Below, piece after piece: positions 26,901 through 41,122 of a stretch of 64,000 nt of DNA; positions within the stretch are counted from its first letter, which is position 1, and the number at the start of each line of letters is the position of its first letter. The position numbers and the translations under genes were made by a program. The notes under the pieces are model-generated. The model had not been told where the DNA came from. It saw nothing but the letters and a program-made list of their open reading frames with translations, and did no database searches. Origin of the DNA: Ramazzottius varieornatus (lineage: Eukaryota > Animalia > Tardigrada); NCBI GenBank assembly GCA_001949185.1, contig BDGG01000003.1, positions 1,710,725 through 1,774,724 of the forward strand, in the 5' to 3' direction.

Positions 26901-29900
26901 TTTAACGGGCACTGGTCGATATCCACCCGCCGCAAATCAATATCAATTCCACTGGTTCCCCTACAACCAACCAGAGTTAATGTCTGAGTTTGCAGGCTGA
27001 AGCGACTACTTTCACAACTAATTTGCAAAGTAACCCAAGGTACACGCGGGGAACGAAAGTCGACAAAACTGATCGAATGCCGTTGCTCGCAAGTTCCGGT
27101 CTTAAAAGGTTTTGGACTGCAGATCTATCACTGGCCTTCCGTTCTAAAGTTTGCACCTCGGACATGCCACATTTACCAAACACGATTAATTTTTTTTAGG
27201 TACGCTAGGTGCAGTAATTACTTCCTGTAAATCCCCAAAAAGACTTCTCATCATTTCCGTGAAATTTACCGCAGACAAAGGTACATACAGACACGGAAAC
27301 CGCATTTGAAAGCCTGCGTTTACAAATTGAATTTTGGACGGTCCCCAAGGTGGATCTTGACGGGATCGTCAGTCATGTGGCTTAACCTTTTTCGGTAGGC
27401 ACGCCTGGCCTAAATGTAGGCCTGGATAAAGCTGTGGGCAGCGGAGCGAAGGCCGTTTACGGTCCAGCTGATATTGACCAATCAATCAAAACAAACGGAG
27501 CAGCGCCGCTTTCTTTCGGTTGCCCAGTCTCGCCCACGGACACAGAGTCGTAATGAGGCATGGTGGGTCCCCGAGGTACTTACATGAAGTGATACTGATG
27601 GGTGGTGTGGTTGTATCCGAAGAAAGGGACGGTGTATGTCATCATCCAGATATTCCCACCGCCGCAATCGTAGTAGGGCTTACTCCAGTGTCCATCTTCG
27701 TAGTCCACCAGCAAGATGTCCTCAGTGACGTTACTCGTCCGGAACTCGTTGAGACCTACAGCCATACAACAAAAAATAAGTGAGCACGTCAAACACAGTT
27801 TCGACATTTTGAAGGAGACTTGTATGGAACCGGCCGTTACGGTAATCGTAGTTGTTGGTTAGATCGAACGGAATAGAGGATTTACACAGCATACAGTACG
27901 AAGGAACCCAAGAAACGAGCGGCAGCGCGAAACGGACCCATTTAAAAATGTTTAAAATTGAAAAGATAGTGAACAACTCTTTTGTGGCCCACCAAGCAAA
28001 GGGAGGTTCGCTTCGTTTGCCATAACAGAAATTCTTAGCCGATTTGAGTCGCTCACTAATTATCTTTGAGTAACACTTCAGCTGACAGTTACGGCGAGAA
28101 TCGGAGTTCGGGATGGAAGCCCGAACTAGCGCAGCTGCAGAGGGCTTCCGTCCCGGATAATCAGACAATCAAAACGCATTTTGGCCAGCTCCCTTTTAAC
28201 TTGGCGAGCGACAGTGATTACTGCCAGGCAGTTCGTACATGGCTGACTTAAATTAAGTACTTTCGAGCATCGTTTCCCGCAGAGTGGCACAAGCTTTGCG
28301 AAACTGCAGTTCCAACTGCAGCTGCAAAACGAATGCTTTTTCGAAAGAATATGCTCAAAATTCAATGAGTGCCCAATTTCCAAATTTTTGTGCGAGCTCC
28401 GATATCGATATCCCCCTAATATACCCTATGCAATCACAAGACTTTAGATCTTTTTTACGATCTTATTCCATAGGAGCCAACACGTCAAACGATATTTCGT
28501 TTCATCGAGACTAAGCCGAGCTTGCAGAAGGTCAACGCTCGACTTGGGGTCTCCGACAACGACGAAGGGCGCGACGTTCGCGTGCAGCATGCGAGTATTT
28601 AGAAACCCCGAGAGCGAGTGTTTTTCGCCGAAGCTAATTATCGAGGATGGCGACAATGGCGACGGGGTCGGCAAGAACATCTTGTTTCTAAGTGCACCAT
28701 AAAAGCCGATCGCGTGATGGCGGAACAGGGGACGGTTTCTTCCAGAGACCTCTACTAAGTTCGCCTAATGCGCCAGCTGAACCGTTCCATTGCACTGCCG
28801 GCAGGTTTCAAATTCAAAAGCCCGACGACCTGCGAGGTAATCGCTGCGCGCGGTACCTTCAAAGCGAAGACCCATCCCAGAAGTAGCACCGTCCGAGAAG
28901 AAGAAAAAAACTAGCGAAACACCGCGTCTATGTTTACTCCTACTTTACTGCTTATGGTTTCATCGGAAACAATAAAGGATTGACGAGTGCCTGCCATTTT
29001 CAAAGTTTGCAGTGTTGCCGTTGTATGGCTATGACCATACCCCATACATATCGAACAAAAATCTCCTCGCACCGTATCTCCTGCGAGTACGGTGCGCGGC
29101 ATTCATATTGGTTGTCTGTAAGCTAGCTGGTCCCTTGGGCCTCATAAGTCGCCCTCCAAATAATCACATTTAATTTCCTCACGTCAGAGTACACGTGAAT
29201 CAGCCAGCGGAAAAAATGTAATATGTATATACCAGAGTGGTGTTCTGCTTACACCGAGCTGAAAATTAATCCCCTTTACCGTACAGTAAACGCAATCAGA
29301 ACTGATTTTCCGCACAGTGCGCGACATCCATAAATCGCTTCCAGTCCCACTGAGTAATTCAGCCCAAAGACTTCGGTTCCCACAGAACTGTCTCCATAAT
29401 GCGTCTTTCTTTCTTCAGTTCACAGCTTGTTGCACAACCGTATTTTGTATGCTCGAGCAGAAGGTGCGACTTGAACAGCCACCATTGCGAATCGCAGCGC
29501 TGAACAACAGAGTTTCTCGTCTCTTGAAACATTTCTGCGTCATCGAATTTCCGCAGACGTCCAGCGGATCATGACAAAAGCGATCCGTTCATACGCTTCG
29601 GCACGTCTCTTGGATTTCCCTGATAAATCTCGCATATATCTTCCGTGGAACTATATTTAGCCGCGCGCGCGCTGATATCAACTAGAAAGCTTTACCTTAG
29701 TTCTTCCCTGCCACAAAGGCTTTTCACCTCACGGTCCACACTCACACAAAACATATCTTGACATGCTGTAAATTGATTAGCCCTTTGACACAACGCAGAT
29801 GAATATTCAACTATGGACAAAGTATCAACTGCAAGCTCAGGTTACGACCTGTAGCGACTGGGTCGCGCGTGGGAGCATAATTGGCTGCAAGAGGCATTCC

Positions 29901-32900
29901 ACCCTGCGTTTATTTGGACAGTGGCTGCAGGAATAAATAGAACAGTGCAACGTGATCACTATAGTGTAACACTCGCGCAACCATGGGAGACCTTCCACCG
30001 CGTCTGCGATCGTCAACTCGGAACACTAGTACATGCCTCGAGTATTTCCCAAGAGGTGACCAAGTCTTTTCTTGATCAGATAATTAGTTGTTGGGGGTTA
30101 CATCCTTCAAAAGTGAAGAGACTTGAGGATGAACGCCAGTTTGCTCCCAGCCTCAGCCCAGTGTATGTGTCAGATCCCTCAGCGCAATGTCGCGGCGCTT
30201 CCGCGTACAAGTAAACGCTCGGATACTCGCGGGGACCTCGACTACGGAGAACGCGGACCGCGGGTCGACTGGCCTGAACAGCTTCAGAGCACCTTATCCG
30301 AAGGCTGTATCGAGAAAAAGGAAGCGGACCACAAAACCCAAGAGACCCGCGTAAAACCTATTTTATTCATATGAGATCTAGGCAAATGGATTAAGCCAGA
30401 TTGTCTTTTCAAGTGACGCAGACCATCGGGAAGTAACAATGAAAAGATGCGCCACCCAAAACAAACTGTCTTACAACATGTGAAAAAGCCTGAGAGTCCC
30501 ACAACAGGTGAATAAAATCCCCGTGGAGTTGTTTATACACCAGGAAGAAACAGGACTGATGCGCAGGTTCGTGTCGTTCAAGGCCGTACCACTCGTTAAC
30601 AGTCTTCCCGATGACGAACGTTTGACGACCGGAAAGTCCAAGGTGTCGGTTCGACGACGTGGGTCTTAATCACCTGACACTTAACTACCCTACTTCCCGT
30701 TCTCGTGTTTGTCTACTATCTCAATAAATCTTTCCGCTCGACCTCCAGCAAACGTGGTGCCAGGAAAGAAACCTTACGCAGGACGTTGCGAGAAGCCTGT
30801 CACGGCTTCAGTGGAATCAACCTACAGCCTACAGGCGATCCTCATCTGTCAGAAAAGTCCTGAATGTCACCCACGCTTCTGCCAAAGACCAAACGTTACA
30901 GCTGCTGCTGTTCGCCATGTAAGTTTTTCTATGTCTAATGATGCTTGGAATAGACGTTCTTACAGACAGATATTCTATAAGATGTCAACGTCGTTTCTCG
31001 TGGGACAATCGGACAGGAGACATAGCCTGACAGAAGGTCACGATCTGCCCAAAACACAGCCCAGTTTCCGGTTTGACGTCAACATGTAGCGCCGATGAGG
31101 GTCCTGGCCAGAACAGAATGTCACTTTGCGGGAAATATGCTCATGGATCAATTAACATAACGACACTTTTGTGCCAATGTGTTGAAAAGTCAAGCCGAGC
31201 CATTATTAACGTTCTGCAAACCAAGGACGCCCTTAACGTCCAACGAGATCTGCCCCTTCGACACACCCAATTTTTCGCGCTTTTTCGATCAAGACACACG
31301 CGAAGGGATACTCAAGAATGGATACTGTGTCCTCACTCAACAGCAAAATACGGGCGTAACCCTGTTGTCGAAAAACAACACGATATTCTGAAAAGGTAAA
31401 CCTTTGCCATTTGGCAGATCTGAAGTGTGATCAAGTGTACGAGTACAGCAAAAGTATTCACAAAAAAACGGAAAGAAGAAAACAGGACAGGACACTAGTG
31501 GCAGTTGAAGCCGCAGGCACTATCAACGACTTTTTTACTAGTCCTATACTGTGTCGGCACAGAGGTCATCGATTAGCTGCCTGTATGCCATCCTGTAATT
31601 GAAAGTAAAGTTGTTAGCCAAAGGAGAAAAGATCCTCGTCTAAATCAACACGTTGATGTGTACAGTGGAAGCTCGACAACAGATTCAGCCCTAAGTTTGC
31701 TAGTTTCTTGCTCCGACAACCACCCGGATGATATGTTTCCGTCACAGATTACAGTCGCCCGTATCTACAGTCAGTCAGCCTCTTCATTGAATCAAGAGGT
31801 CATTCCAATATACAGTACAGCACAGGGTGGACAAAATTGGAAATCGACGCACGACTCTGCGTAGGTTAAGACTCGTGCGTAAAGGGTCCACAGTATGGTC
31901 ATGCTTCACTGCATGCTCCATAAATTCATCGTAATATCATTGGATATGTCTGTGGCACATCACAGCAGATCAACGACGACGGGCCTTTAATTGCTCTTCT
32001 CCCCTTATCATTCAGCAGCATAATGGCAAAATAATTGCATGTTGCCTGCCGCACTTCACACAGCGACACTTACAAACCTCCTCAGCAAGAGCTATACATG
32101 CTAGCTCTTCAAAACATCATCATGGCGCTCCTTCATATCCTTCTTCAACAGCGATATCAATAGTTTTCACTTCTGAAGTGATTTTGTTCAGAGTTATCAA
32201 CACTTGGTCTACGACACATTTCCAACACCTCCCCGCGAAACACTCCCCCGTAATCCGTAGTCTCCATACTGTTAGCAGTGCGCCATGTCAAACGGAAGCC
32301 GTCTTAGCACTCGACTTCTGGGCTCCCCTCCCGCTAGATGATCGTCAAAAATTCAGTGCGTACCCCTTCCAATTACAAAAACATATCTAGAAAGCTGTCG
32401 CCGTTTTCCACGAAATCGCCAAACTGGTATGAGTGGTCAAAGGACCGGAAAACCATGAAGCACATCGAGTAACCAACTCGACCAGATCGTCATCCCAAGT
32501 GGCGCATCTTTGCAGCGATATTAACTACGGTAAAAGCGTACGCCGCTTGGGGGAAGGAACTGGCCGAGTTTACTTGCCGGATTTCGCATATTACATTGTT
32601 CTCGTTTTGGCAGCAGTATTTTTCGAAAGACTGGGAGGTTATGGAACACATGTTTGGCATATTGGGTTTGTCACTTTGTACAAAAAGTGAGCGAGAGGTT
32701 ATTTGAGGAAGTGAGTTCAGAGAGGTCATCTTCCGTCTACCATGCCTGATGTTCCGCTCAATACATCGCTGGTGCGGCAAGCTTGATATCGCGACTATTC
32801 CGTATGGACGTCAAGGTTGACAAGCCACACACAAAGGCAATCCTTGGTTACAGCGGGTTCCTCAAGTCAAATTTCTATCGCTCCAATCCAAGAACCGCAT

Positions 32901-34704
32901 GACAGCCAACTGCCTCCACAGAACCAGCAAAGCTCGCTAAGCAGGCAAAGTGGCTTCATTTTGGCAGCGGCACATGAGCACAGTTCATATTAGCGTCATA
33001 CATCATATACTGTATAACCGCGACAACAATCATGCGCGCCAACCATTTCGTGATCCCTACTGTATCACTACATCCATCTTCCTTTTTATGCCTAACGACT
33101 CTTCGCACATATCACCGTCTTTACAAACCGATTGATGTAGTATAATAATAGCCTGCTCATATATTACAGCCTGTCATGGTGCGGCATTCTTCATCTTTCA
33201 TAATCATAGTGCAGAATGAGATTGCCCATCTGGCCCGCTAATCTCTCTCAACTAGGCTCCTTCCACTCCAATATCCATATTCAAAATATCATCTTTGATA
33301 CTGCGGCATTATCGTCCTCACACGCGTCAAACCGAACTCTTCAAGCCGTACCCACCTTCATGCAAAATTCCACCTTCTTGAAACATGACAGCATTATGCA
33401 AAATCAGACCCAGAATAAATTATATTTCGCACTTCGCGTATGAAAAGTCTAATCCACTTGGAAAAAGGTTCAAGCACCCTGAAATCTGTACTGCTTATAA
33501 AAAAACATCCGCGCTTGGGTTGAAAGCCTTCATTTCACACATGCAACAAGGAAGTGAAGGAAGCTGTGTCGGGTATACGCGGCTTACAAGCCTCGTTAGA
33601 CATTTTTGCTATATCCCAGATTGGATACATCCCCGGCCTGTCCATTCCCTTGAGAACCACCATCCAAGCACAGATAATGCATCACATCTTTATTTCCCTG
33701 TCCCGCTTAAACATACTATATACGCACTATGCAGTAGGCATAGACACTGACCTTTCTGTGAGATTCGATGCCAGCTGGAGTTGCTGGTTTGGTAATGAGC
33801 AATGGCCAAATTGGCCTTCTCTTTGGGCTTCCCGAAAAATTCCATCTGGTCATTGTACTCGTAGGCCACAGAGAGGTCCTTGGCGAGGATCTCGCCTGTG
33901 GGAGTTCGATGGGCAAAGGGACAGAAGAGAGGGTAGTGCGGATATCGACCTTGATCGTAGCAATTGCCGGCTCCGAAAATATTTTCATTCAATTCCACCA
34001 TGGTCCGCACTGCGGCGTACAACAAATACTCGGTCTGCTTCCTCAAAGCGATATCGGTGGCGGAAAAGACGCCGGAAGAATGCTTCCACCATCTCGTCAG
34101 TAGATTGGCCCGGTTCAGGGCGATCTGTGCTTCGCTACTGAATTTCTTTACACCATACTGATCCACCACACCTGTAAATTTCCCATGGTGTAACCAAACC
34201 GAAATATGAGCACTCAGTAAACGAACTATACAACTTTGTTCCCTCAAGTGGCGCACCTCCTCAGTTTTATTAGGAGGGAGCGTGCGCCACTCGAGACAGA
34301 CGATCTTGTCGAGTTTCGCGAAGTGGCGCACGCTTTCAGTGTAATTAGTTAACTGCCTGCGCCACTTGGGGAAGTAACCTTGCCGAGTTTGTTCGCATTG
34401 GTCCTATTTCTGGAAATTAGCGAAAACTCCTCATCGTACCTTCGAGTTCGAGCTCCTGACCCGGCGAGCAATGCTTCCGCTGTGATTCAATCAGTCTTAG
34501 TACAGACGACACCGTATCATCGCCGGACTTGAGCATATACTGCTGATCCTTGATCTCCGCCGAAGTCATCTCCGAAGAAGGCTGTGCCCGCGGTGACGTC
34601 AGCTCAGCCACCTCCACTAGCACCTCACCTTGGACTTGCACTGACCAGCTGCCTATTAGGCTCAATATTCCCAAGACTAGGCACCGGACTAGTCGTAACT
34701 CCAT
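23917..34704 (-). CDS. Class C orphan GPCR of the GPR158/GPR179/Drosophila CG31760 family
   Basis: Signal peptide at 34704. Cache-like ectodomain (NRANLLT, IFGAGNCYD, FCPFAHR, GHWSKPYYDCGGGNIWMMTYTVPFF, GTSGIDIDLRRVDIDQC). Cys-rich linker (CLPCAEGC) and 7TM segments (KVIKAASPVLL). A 6-kb intron spans 27756-33751. Confidence 0.92.
24534..24730. mobile_element. Palindromic MITE-like element, dimeric copy 7 (GPCR intron)
   Basis: Two TGGCGCA...TGCGCCACT units; outer arms GCTCAGCAAAC / GTTTACTGAGC. Confidence 0.85.
32465..32592. mobile_element. Palindromic MITE-like element, copy 8 (GPCR large intron)
   Basis: AACTCGACCAGATCGTCATCCCAAGTGGCGCA...TACGCCGCTTGGGGG...CTGGCCGAGTT. Confidence 0.8.
34205..34410. 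mobile_element. Palindromic MITE-like element, dimeric copy 9 (GPCR intron)
   Basis: Two AAGTGGCGCAC...TGCGCCACT units joined by GATCTTGTCGAGTTT. Confidence 0.85.
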
Positions 34705-36429
34705 AATAATCAGACATATGAGAAGGTAGGCCACGTCAACGCCGGCGTAGACAAAGAAGCTCTCCAGGACGATGGCGCTAATAACCGGCAGTCAGAGCCG
34801 GCTCCCGAGGAATAAGTTTACAAGGGCACGTGCGGCAGTTTTCTCACTGCGGCGGACGGGAAGAAGGACTGGCTGTAATCAATGAGATTGTTGTCCGCTT
34901 CGTTTGATGAGCTACTTAAGAACCCTTGCAGGATCATTACACAGAACGGCAATTAGCCTCTAGAGGCCAGGCAGCGCACCCAAGACCATCTCTCCTCCTG
35001 CTCTGAACTCGTTCTCTGGGACTGTTCCAGAATATTCCCTATGTATCGAATATAAAAGCATATAAATATTCAAAGGTTGGAGTCAGCAGATTTGCAAGAG
35101 ATAAAAAGGGGCAAGATGATTAACTGCGCTGCGCCACCGATGCCAATAAGCAATCAATGGCAAAAGTCGAAAGATAAATAATCCGACCTGAAGTTCCAGT
35201 TTCAACAAGTACACATATCACCCGTATGATCTCGACCGACTTAGTCGCAGAAAGAGCAAACCTTTGATGCTAACATGATGGATGGAAATTAGTCCGTGGG
35301 ATAAATACCCAGGCTAGAATTCCGGAAATGCGGGATGATCAAAAATCGATGTTTGGCGCATGTTTCATCCGACTTAGAGCTCACGTGAAAACCCGTGGGT
35401 TCTTGCGAAAGCCAATTGAATGCTCCTCACTCAGAAACACATTATCCCTCACACTGTACCTGGACAGAAAGCAATACGTAACACCCGCGTAGTTCAAACA
35501 ATGCTACGACTGTGCAGGTGGAGAACCCACAAAGCGGAGCTTGACGTAGTTTCTTCCGCGCAATATAACGATCCGAATAAGAGAGGAGTTAATAGCGATG
35601 AAGCACCCCCTCGACGCATTAATCAAAAGACCACAGTATATATTCCACGCATAGAAACGTAACATAAGAGCCTCGTAAAAAATCCGGCTAATGATACTCT
35701 TCTTCCACGTATCAGCAGAATATTGTTGAGGAGGAAGAAAAGAACCAGAGAAAGATCAGATATGTCAACGAGGATGGGGTCGGCACGACTAGCTCGAAAG
35801 GCCAACGGGGATACAAAAGGGAAGAGGAAAACGCCCCAAGAAGATCTTAAATGACATCAATCGCCACTGTGTACAACAATGCTGTAAGTGTGTCTTCTTT
35901 TGACGCTCTATGCAGCACCAAACAGAGGCGTCAAGAGTGAACGAACCACGAAGAGAACTGCGGTATACTTCACAGAACATAAACAGCAGACATTTATGCA
36001 TGGGAGTGAAGACTGAAGAGCTCAACAAGATACGGTCAGCATCGTAGACTCTGTACCAGTACAAGTTGGTTCTCCCCAGTGTACACCACTATGTGCTCAC
36101 TAGAGATAGATCGAGTACATCTCCAACGCTAACCATCTGAATGAATCCTCTTACAGAAAACCACGAAAATGCATTTGCGCCTTCCAGCTTTTGTGTGGCT
36201 TCCGCCTGCCAGCCAGCGAATCACCAGCCGTGGTACGCTGATGGCCTCTTCCTGTGTACTACGAACCCTTAGCTGTAACTAACGCACACGACATGTTACA
36301 CTTATACGTGGATACTATCGCAACACCAAACAGCAATCATGCCATTCAAATGATGCTCTTTCTCAGTGGCGACGTCACCTTTTTCCCTCTTCGAATCACT
36401 GATGCACCCCACACATACAATCTCAAAAA

Positions 36430-36697
36430 AATGGGAGCTGGGCAAACAAACCGCACATGATCGTTGTACCTAGCGGCGCACGCTCCCATTGTTATTGGCT
36501 GGACAGCTGCGCTACTTGAGATGCCGATCTTGTACGTTCTGTTTACCCACCTCCCAAATTATGGGGTTTGTGGGCAGCCGGCAAACACTCTCGGGATGAT
36601 CGTTACCTCAAATGGCGCACTTTTCCGCCAAGTAACACAGGAAACTGCTCCACTTCCAGTAACTCTCATCCCGAGACTGTTTGCCGGCCTCCCATTT
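36430..36697. mobile_element. Palindromic MITE-like element, adjacent copies 10 and 11 (upstream of the GPCR CDS)
   Basis: ATGGGAGCTGGGCAAACAAA...TGTTTACCCACCTCCC followed by GGCAAACACTCTCGGGATGA...TCATCCCGAGACTGTTTGCCGGCCTCCCAT. Confidence 0.8.
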
Positions 36698-38634
36698 TTC
36701 GTGTAGAACTAGAAAACTGTTTCCGTAGAAAGGAGCTGGCACAGTGGACAGGGACCCGGTTTCCGGGTAGTACGTGGTGGTATGGGGAAACTGTAGGCGA
36801 AGGATCAGATTACTGGGTTTTCACGCCTGAGAAGCGCCGATAGCGTCAAATTGTAACTTAGCGCGCCGATGAAAGACAATCCCAACATTCAATATCCACC
36901 CATAGCTCCATAATCCGCTCATTCTGCCACACTGTTCAAACTTCAAAGGAAGAACTTAATATAGTCCTCCTCTTTCCTCTTGTTGCCTTTGCGTCTGCCT
37001 CGCGTCAAAGACTCTCAACATACGGCCACTTATCATGGCCACAAATTGCCGCCAAACACAATCCGTCTTCAAAGACTCTTCTCAATCATCTTCCATAATT
37101 TCAGTGGACACCCTTCAGAACGTCAAAAGTAGCCATACGCAATCGTATTACCGCCATACAAGCCACGTGAAACAAATTTAACTGAACCTCAGCTCTTATT
37201 ATTCAGATTCCAACGAGTGCGATTACGAGCCGGATGCTTCTTGAAATTTGATTAAGCTTATTTGTCGAATACAGGTACACGTCCAAACGGTACCTGGAAC
37301 TCTGGCTTTCTCGAAAATACCTAAATATGCACGTACTCTCAATTATTCCCCTATGCTGTCAATCTGTAATTAGCAGCATTTCAAATTCGTTCTGGGAAAC
37401 GTCACGTCGAGTTCTAAGGATCTGTAAACCACACACGTTTCCCGAAGCCAAGGTAACCCTTGGGTAATAATTAAGAATGTACGGTGTGATTTTGAGCCTA
37501 CAGAAAACCGAAAGCCATAACAGCCAATCAGCTGGACTGTTTATGCACCTTCTTGTTTTCTATTAATACTTTCGCATGAGATGACATGGAATACAGTATA
37601 ATCGAAGCTAGGTCCCTAGGCTATCGTCGGCTGAACAGCGATCACGAGTCAACTTCAGAATCGGCAAGGCAGAGCTAGCGCCAGTAACACCTTTTTTACT
37701 AGTCTAGGAAGGCTTCCCGGTGCGTGGCACCATCCCATGTGCGATATGTCAACCGTTGACGAGAGAAAGAAACACATTGTCCAAATATTTATCCAATAAC
37801 GCTGATGCATATGCGTGATCACATCAGTATACTGGGAGGTTAATCGAACGGTCAGCTTTTTTCCTCATTTTCTTCTCTGTACTGTTTCGAAGATGCATCG
37901 ATATCCAGAGCGCGGTTTGCCACATGCTTCCTGTTTAACATTTCTGTCTTGTCGTTGCGATAGTTTACTCTAATCGGGCTTCGATGACCCGATGCCGCTA
38001 GTTTAGGTTCTTGATTGAACGCACAAAGTGATGCGGGTTTTGTGGGAGGAGGAACTGTGTAAGAAAAGGACGGAAAAGGGGGAGGTTCGCGTGGAGGACC
38101 TGACAAAGGCAGAGATGGCTTTCTTTTGTACGGCCCTTCACGTGAAGCTAAGCTTCAGTTTGCTACACTGAAATGCGTGGAAAAAATTACACAGGATGAG
38201 GATATACCGACATGCATGCATGGTCGAGGGGAAGCCGGGAATCAATTTACGGAGCGGCAGGCGATTTCCGGTGATAAACGCCCTTGCTAAAGATGAGCGC
38301 TATGCCCACATGCTGGGCTTCCTTTGTTTGTTCACTGCCGCGCGTTGGTCCTCCTTTTTTGCATTTATTCAGCTCCTTTTCAAGTGGGATGACAACCTGA
38401 CAGCTAAGCCCCGTTCAGCGTCCAACTGCGTTTGTAGAAATACTCGAACCAACAAATGTGTTTTCCTAGTCGACGGTATCCCGAAGCCTTTACGCATTCA
38501 ACAGAATGACACAGATAACTTCCGAGTTCCGACATACGCAAACAAACAAGAAAAAAGACATTTTTGGCAAGTTTAGCCGGTGTTCGACGCACCGATATAC
38601 CGATAATAATTATATAGGACGTCGGCAACTGTCT

Positions 38635-38735
38635 TGAATTTCTGAGCAAGATCGCTTTCCCAAGTGGCGCATTTTTCAGCCAATGACAATCTTACCCGGC
38701 GCCACTTGATATGACGATCATGTTCGATTCATTCG
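38635..38735. mobile_element. Palindromic MITE-like element, copy 12
   Basis: AAGATCGCTTTCCCAAGTGGCGCA...GGCGCCACTTGATATGACGATC. Confidence 0.8.
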
Positions 38736-40598
38736 CCGATGTTTTCGAGGCTTCGTCTACGAATAACGTTTCTACGGGGTTCACAAAACTCAGGTCAGTC
38801 ATTCACCGCTGTACGCTTCTACAAACCGGAAATTCAGCAGCTTACCTCGTCCAAAAGAAAACTCATTTATAATGGCAGTGGTTCTTCCTGCAGTGAAATC
38901 CTCTATCTCAAAGCGTTACCGACCGCGAGAAGCGAGTGGCTAACCACGTGACAGCTAGTGAACCTTCGTGACAAAGCGAGAAACTTCTCAATTCCAAAAT
39001 GTCGCCGCCAGATTAATGGCGCCATTCCAAAGAGGACAGTAGCCATAAAACCAGATTCTCACAAGATCTTCGCCAAACCGCAAAGAACCCGCAACGATTT
39101 TTGGTGTCGAAGAATTCTTCGTCTCAAACACTTCCTAAAAATAGTTTGACATGTCAGTGTAAATCAAGTGTGGGTCCTTCGCGTTACAGCCGTGGAAAGT
39201 GAGCCAATAAACTTTCTAAAGCATCTCTTCACGAGCGTCTTATTAAGTGTAACAGCTTCCGGGGAAGCTAATAGCTCTTCTCAGCTCATCTAGAACTATC
39301 GCCATATTGTACTGTAAATTGAGAATATATCTTTTAGCTCTTGCAACATATCAAGCACAGATCATCATTGAAGATTTTGATGACGTACAGTAGTTAACAC
39401 GTCAGCCAAATTTGACCCACCGGCCTCGCAAGAATTTCGAAACGAATTACCACTGGCGACAATTCATTCTCGGCGTATTCTGTTTTATGTACAGTTAAAG
39501 CTATTTTGACCAGAAATTCCGTTCTATATTCATCGTTGGGCGTTTAATGCTAAGTACACCATCAAAGTATCCCAGGGTCCCATTACTCCTAAGACCCGGC
39601 TTTACTCTTCCCATTTTCCATCACGTTCGAAGGCTACAAATAACAATGTTAAAGCCTTGTGCACTGCAAGCGGTCAGAGACTAATCTTCATGGAAATCGA
39701 AAACTTTGGGTGTGCAAAGGCTTGATCGAGACCACCCATCGTTCGGCCTTGCACAATCGGGTTCGCGCCGCTTGATGACAACAGGCGCCATTACGACTTC
39801 ATCAATTGACTTGCCTCGTAAAACCAAAGGGGAGACCTCTAAACTCAAACGCCAAAAAGGAAGTTCGATTTTATAAGGAACCCCTGAAAGAAGCTCATTT
39901 AAGCGCCTGATTACGGCTTTTCTTCAAAGGGTGTCGTTAACTTACCATCGAGCAGGGAAATCCAAGAAGAATCGCACACCCGCTTACCAATAAGCACGGA
40001 CCACACACGCTGCCCTCTTATCGTCCTCTGCACAACTTGTCAAGTACTACTAGCCTCGTAACTATCCTTCTCCGACTATCATTCCCTACACTTCCGGCTC
40101 ACCCGCGCTATAAACAAGTCCAGAAAGAACGATAACATTAAGAACGCATACCATAACATCACAGTACAGTTTCCGGATGAAAGTCCGGACTACACTCCGC
40201 TCCATCAACACAATCGCGCACCGTGCACGGATGAGCATAACCGGCGATCAATCAAATCAAAACTGGTTTGTTGTTATGGCACCTACTGTACGTTGTACAT
40301 ACGGTCGTATCGAAGTCCATCCGTGGAAAAAAGATCCTCCATGCTCGGCCTTTTCCTTCCCTTTCAAACCAAGTGTTTCTGCTTCACTTCCTATCTTCAT
40401 TTCCACTGCGCCAAGTGCCCCACTGAGCGATCCTGACATTTCCGCCTAAAATTACAGACCTTAAAAAAAGAGGGAAGAGACTGATGAAACGGTCAGAGTG
40501 AAATCATTCGCAGACTTTACTCCCATCTGGACCGTCCCTGCTTCTTGCAACAAAAGGATTTTATTAAGAACATATTTACCGATTGGCCATCATATCAC

Positions 40599-41122
40599 TC
40601 ACGGTAGGACGCCTTTTTTAAGAATAATATTTCCATACAAAGCAGCTTCGCCAGTGTGAACAATGGCAAAGGCCTTTTTTGCTCTCTCGTAGAAATCAAA
40701 CCGGGGAATCAGCGCTGTTTTCACAGGCGTTGCTCCCCCGTGCGATGCCTGCACTATTTTATCATACTCTTCCCAGATCGGAGTCTGCAGTTTTCTCTCT
40801 TTATCCACTGGTTCGCGGTCCATCAGCATGACAGGGGATGGATCGTAGGCATCCAGCGGAAGCAGCTGCAGAATAGCTTCCAGAAGCGCCGGTATGGCCA
40901 AGCCGTCTGCTCGAATCTCAATCGGTCCATGACGACAACATCCAGCCGAAGGAAAGTTTGCATCGGCGAGCACTACGTGGATAACGCGGTTATGAGTGAC
41001 AGGGAAACAGGAAAGAAAATAACAGACTCGCTCTCACCAATCTCGTCTCCGTGTCCCATTTTGGCCAGCGTATGCAGAAGTTCCGGCGACAGTATCCGGG
41101 GTATTCCTATCAGAACTACCAT
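40599..41122 (-). CDS. FUOM: L-fucose mutarotase (RbsD/FucU family), 2 exons
   Basis: LSPELLHTLAKMGHGDEI/VLADANFP, RFDFYERAKKAFAIVHTGE and YGNIILKKGV; 65-nt intron at 40973-41037. Confidence 0.95.

Noticed and set aside
40599-41122. FucU-like gene as a bacterial horizontal transfer
   Set aside because: Animals have a native FUOM and this gene has a spliceosomal intron.
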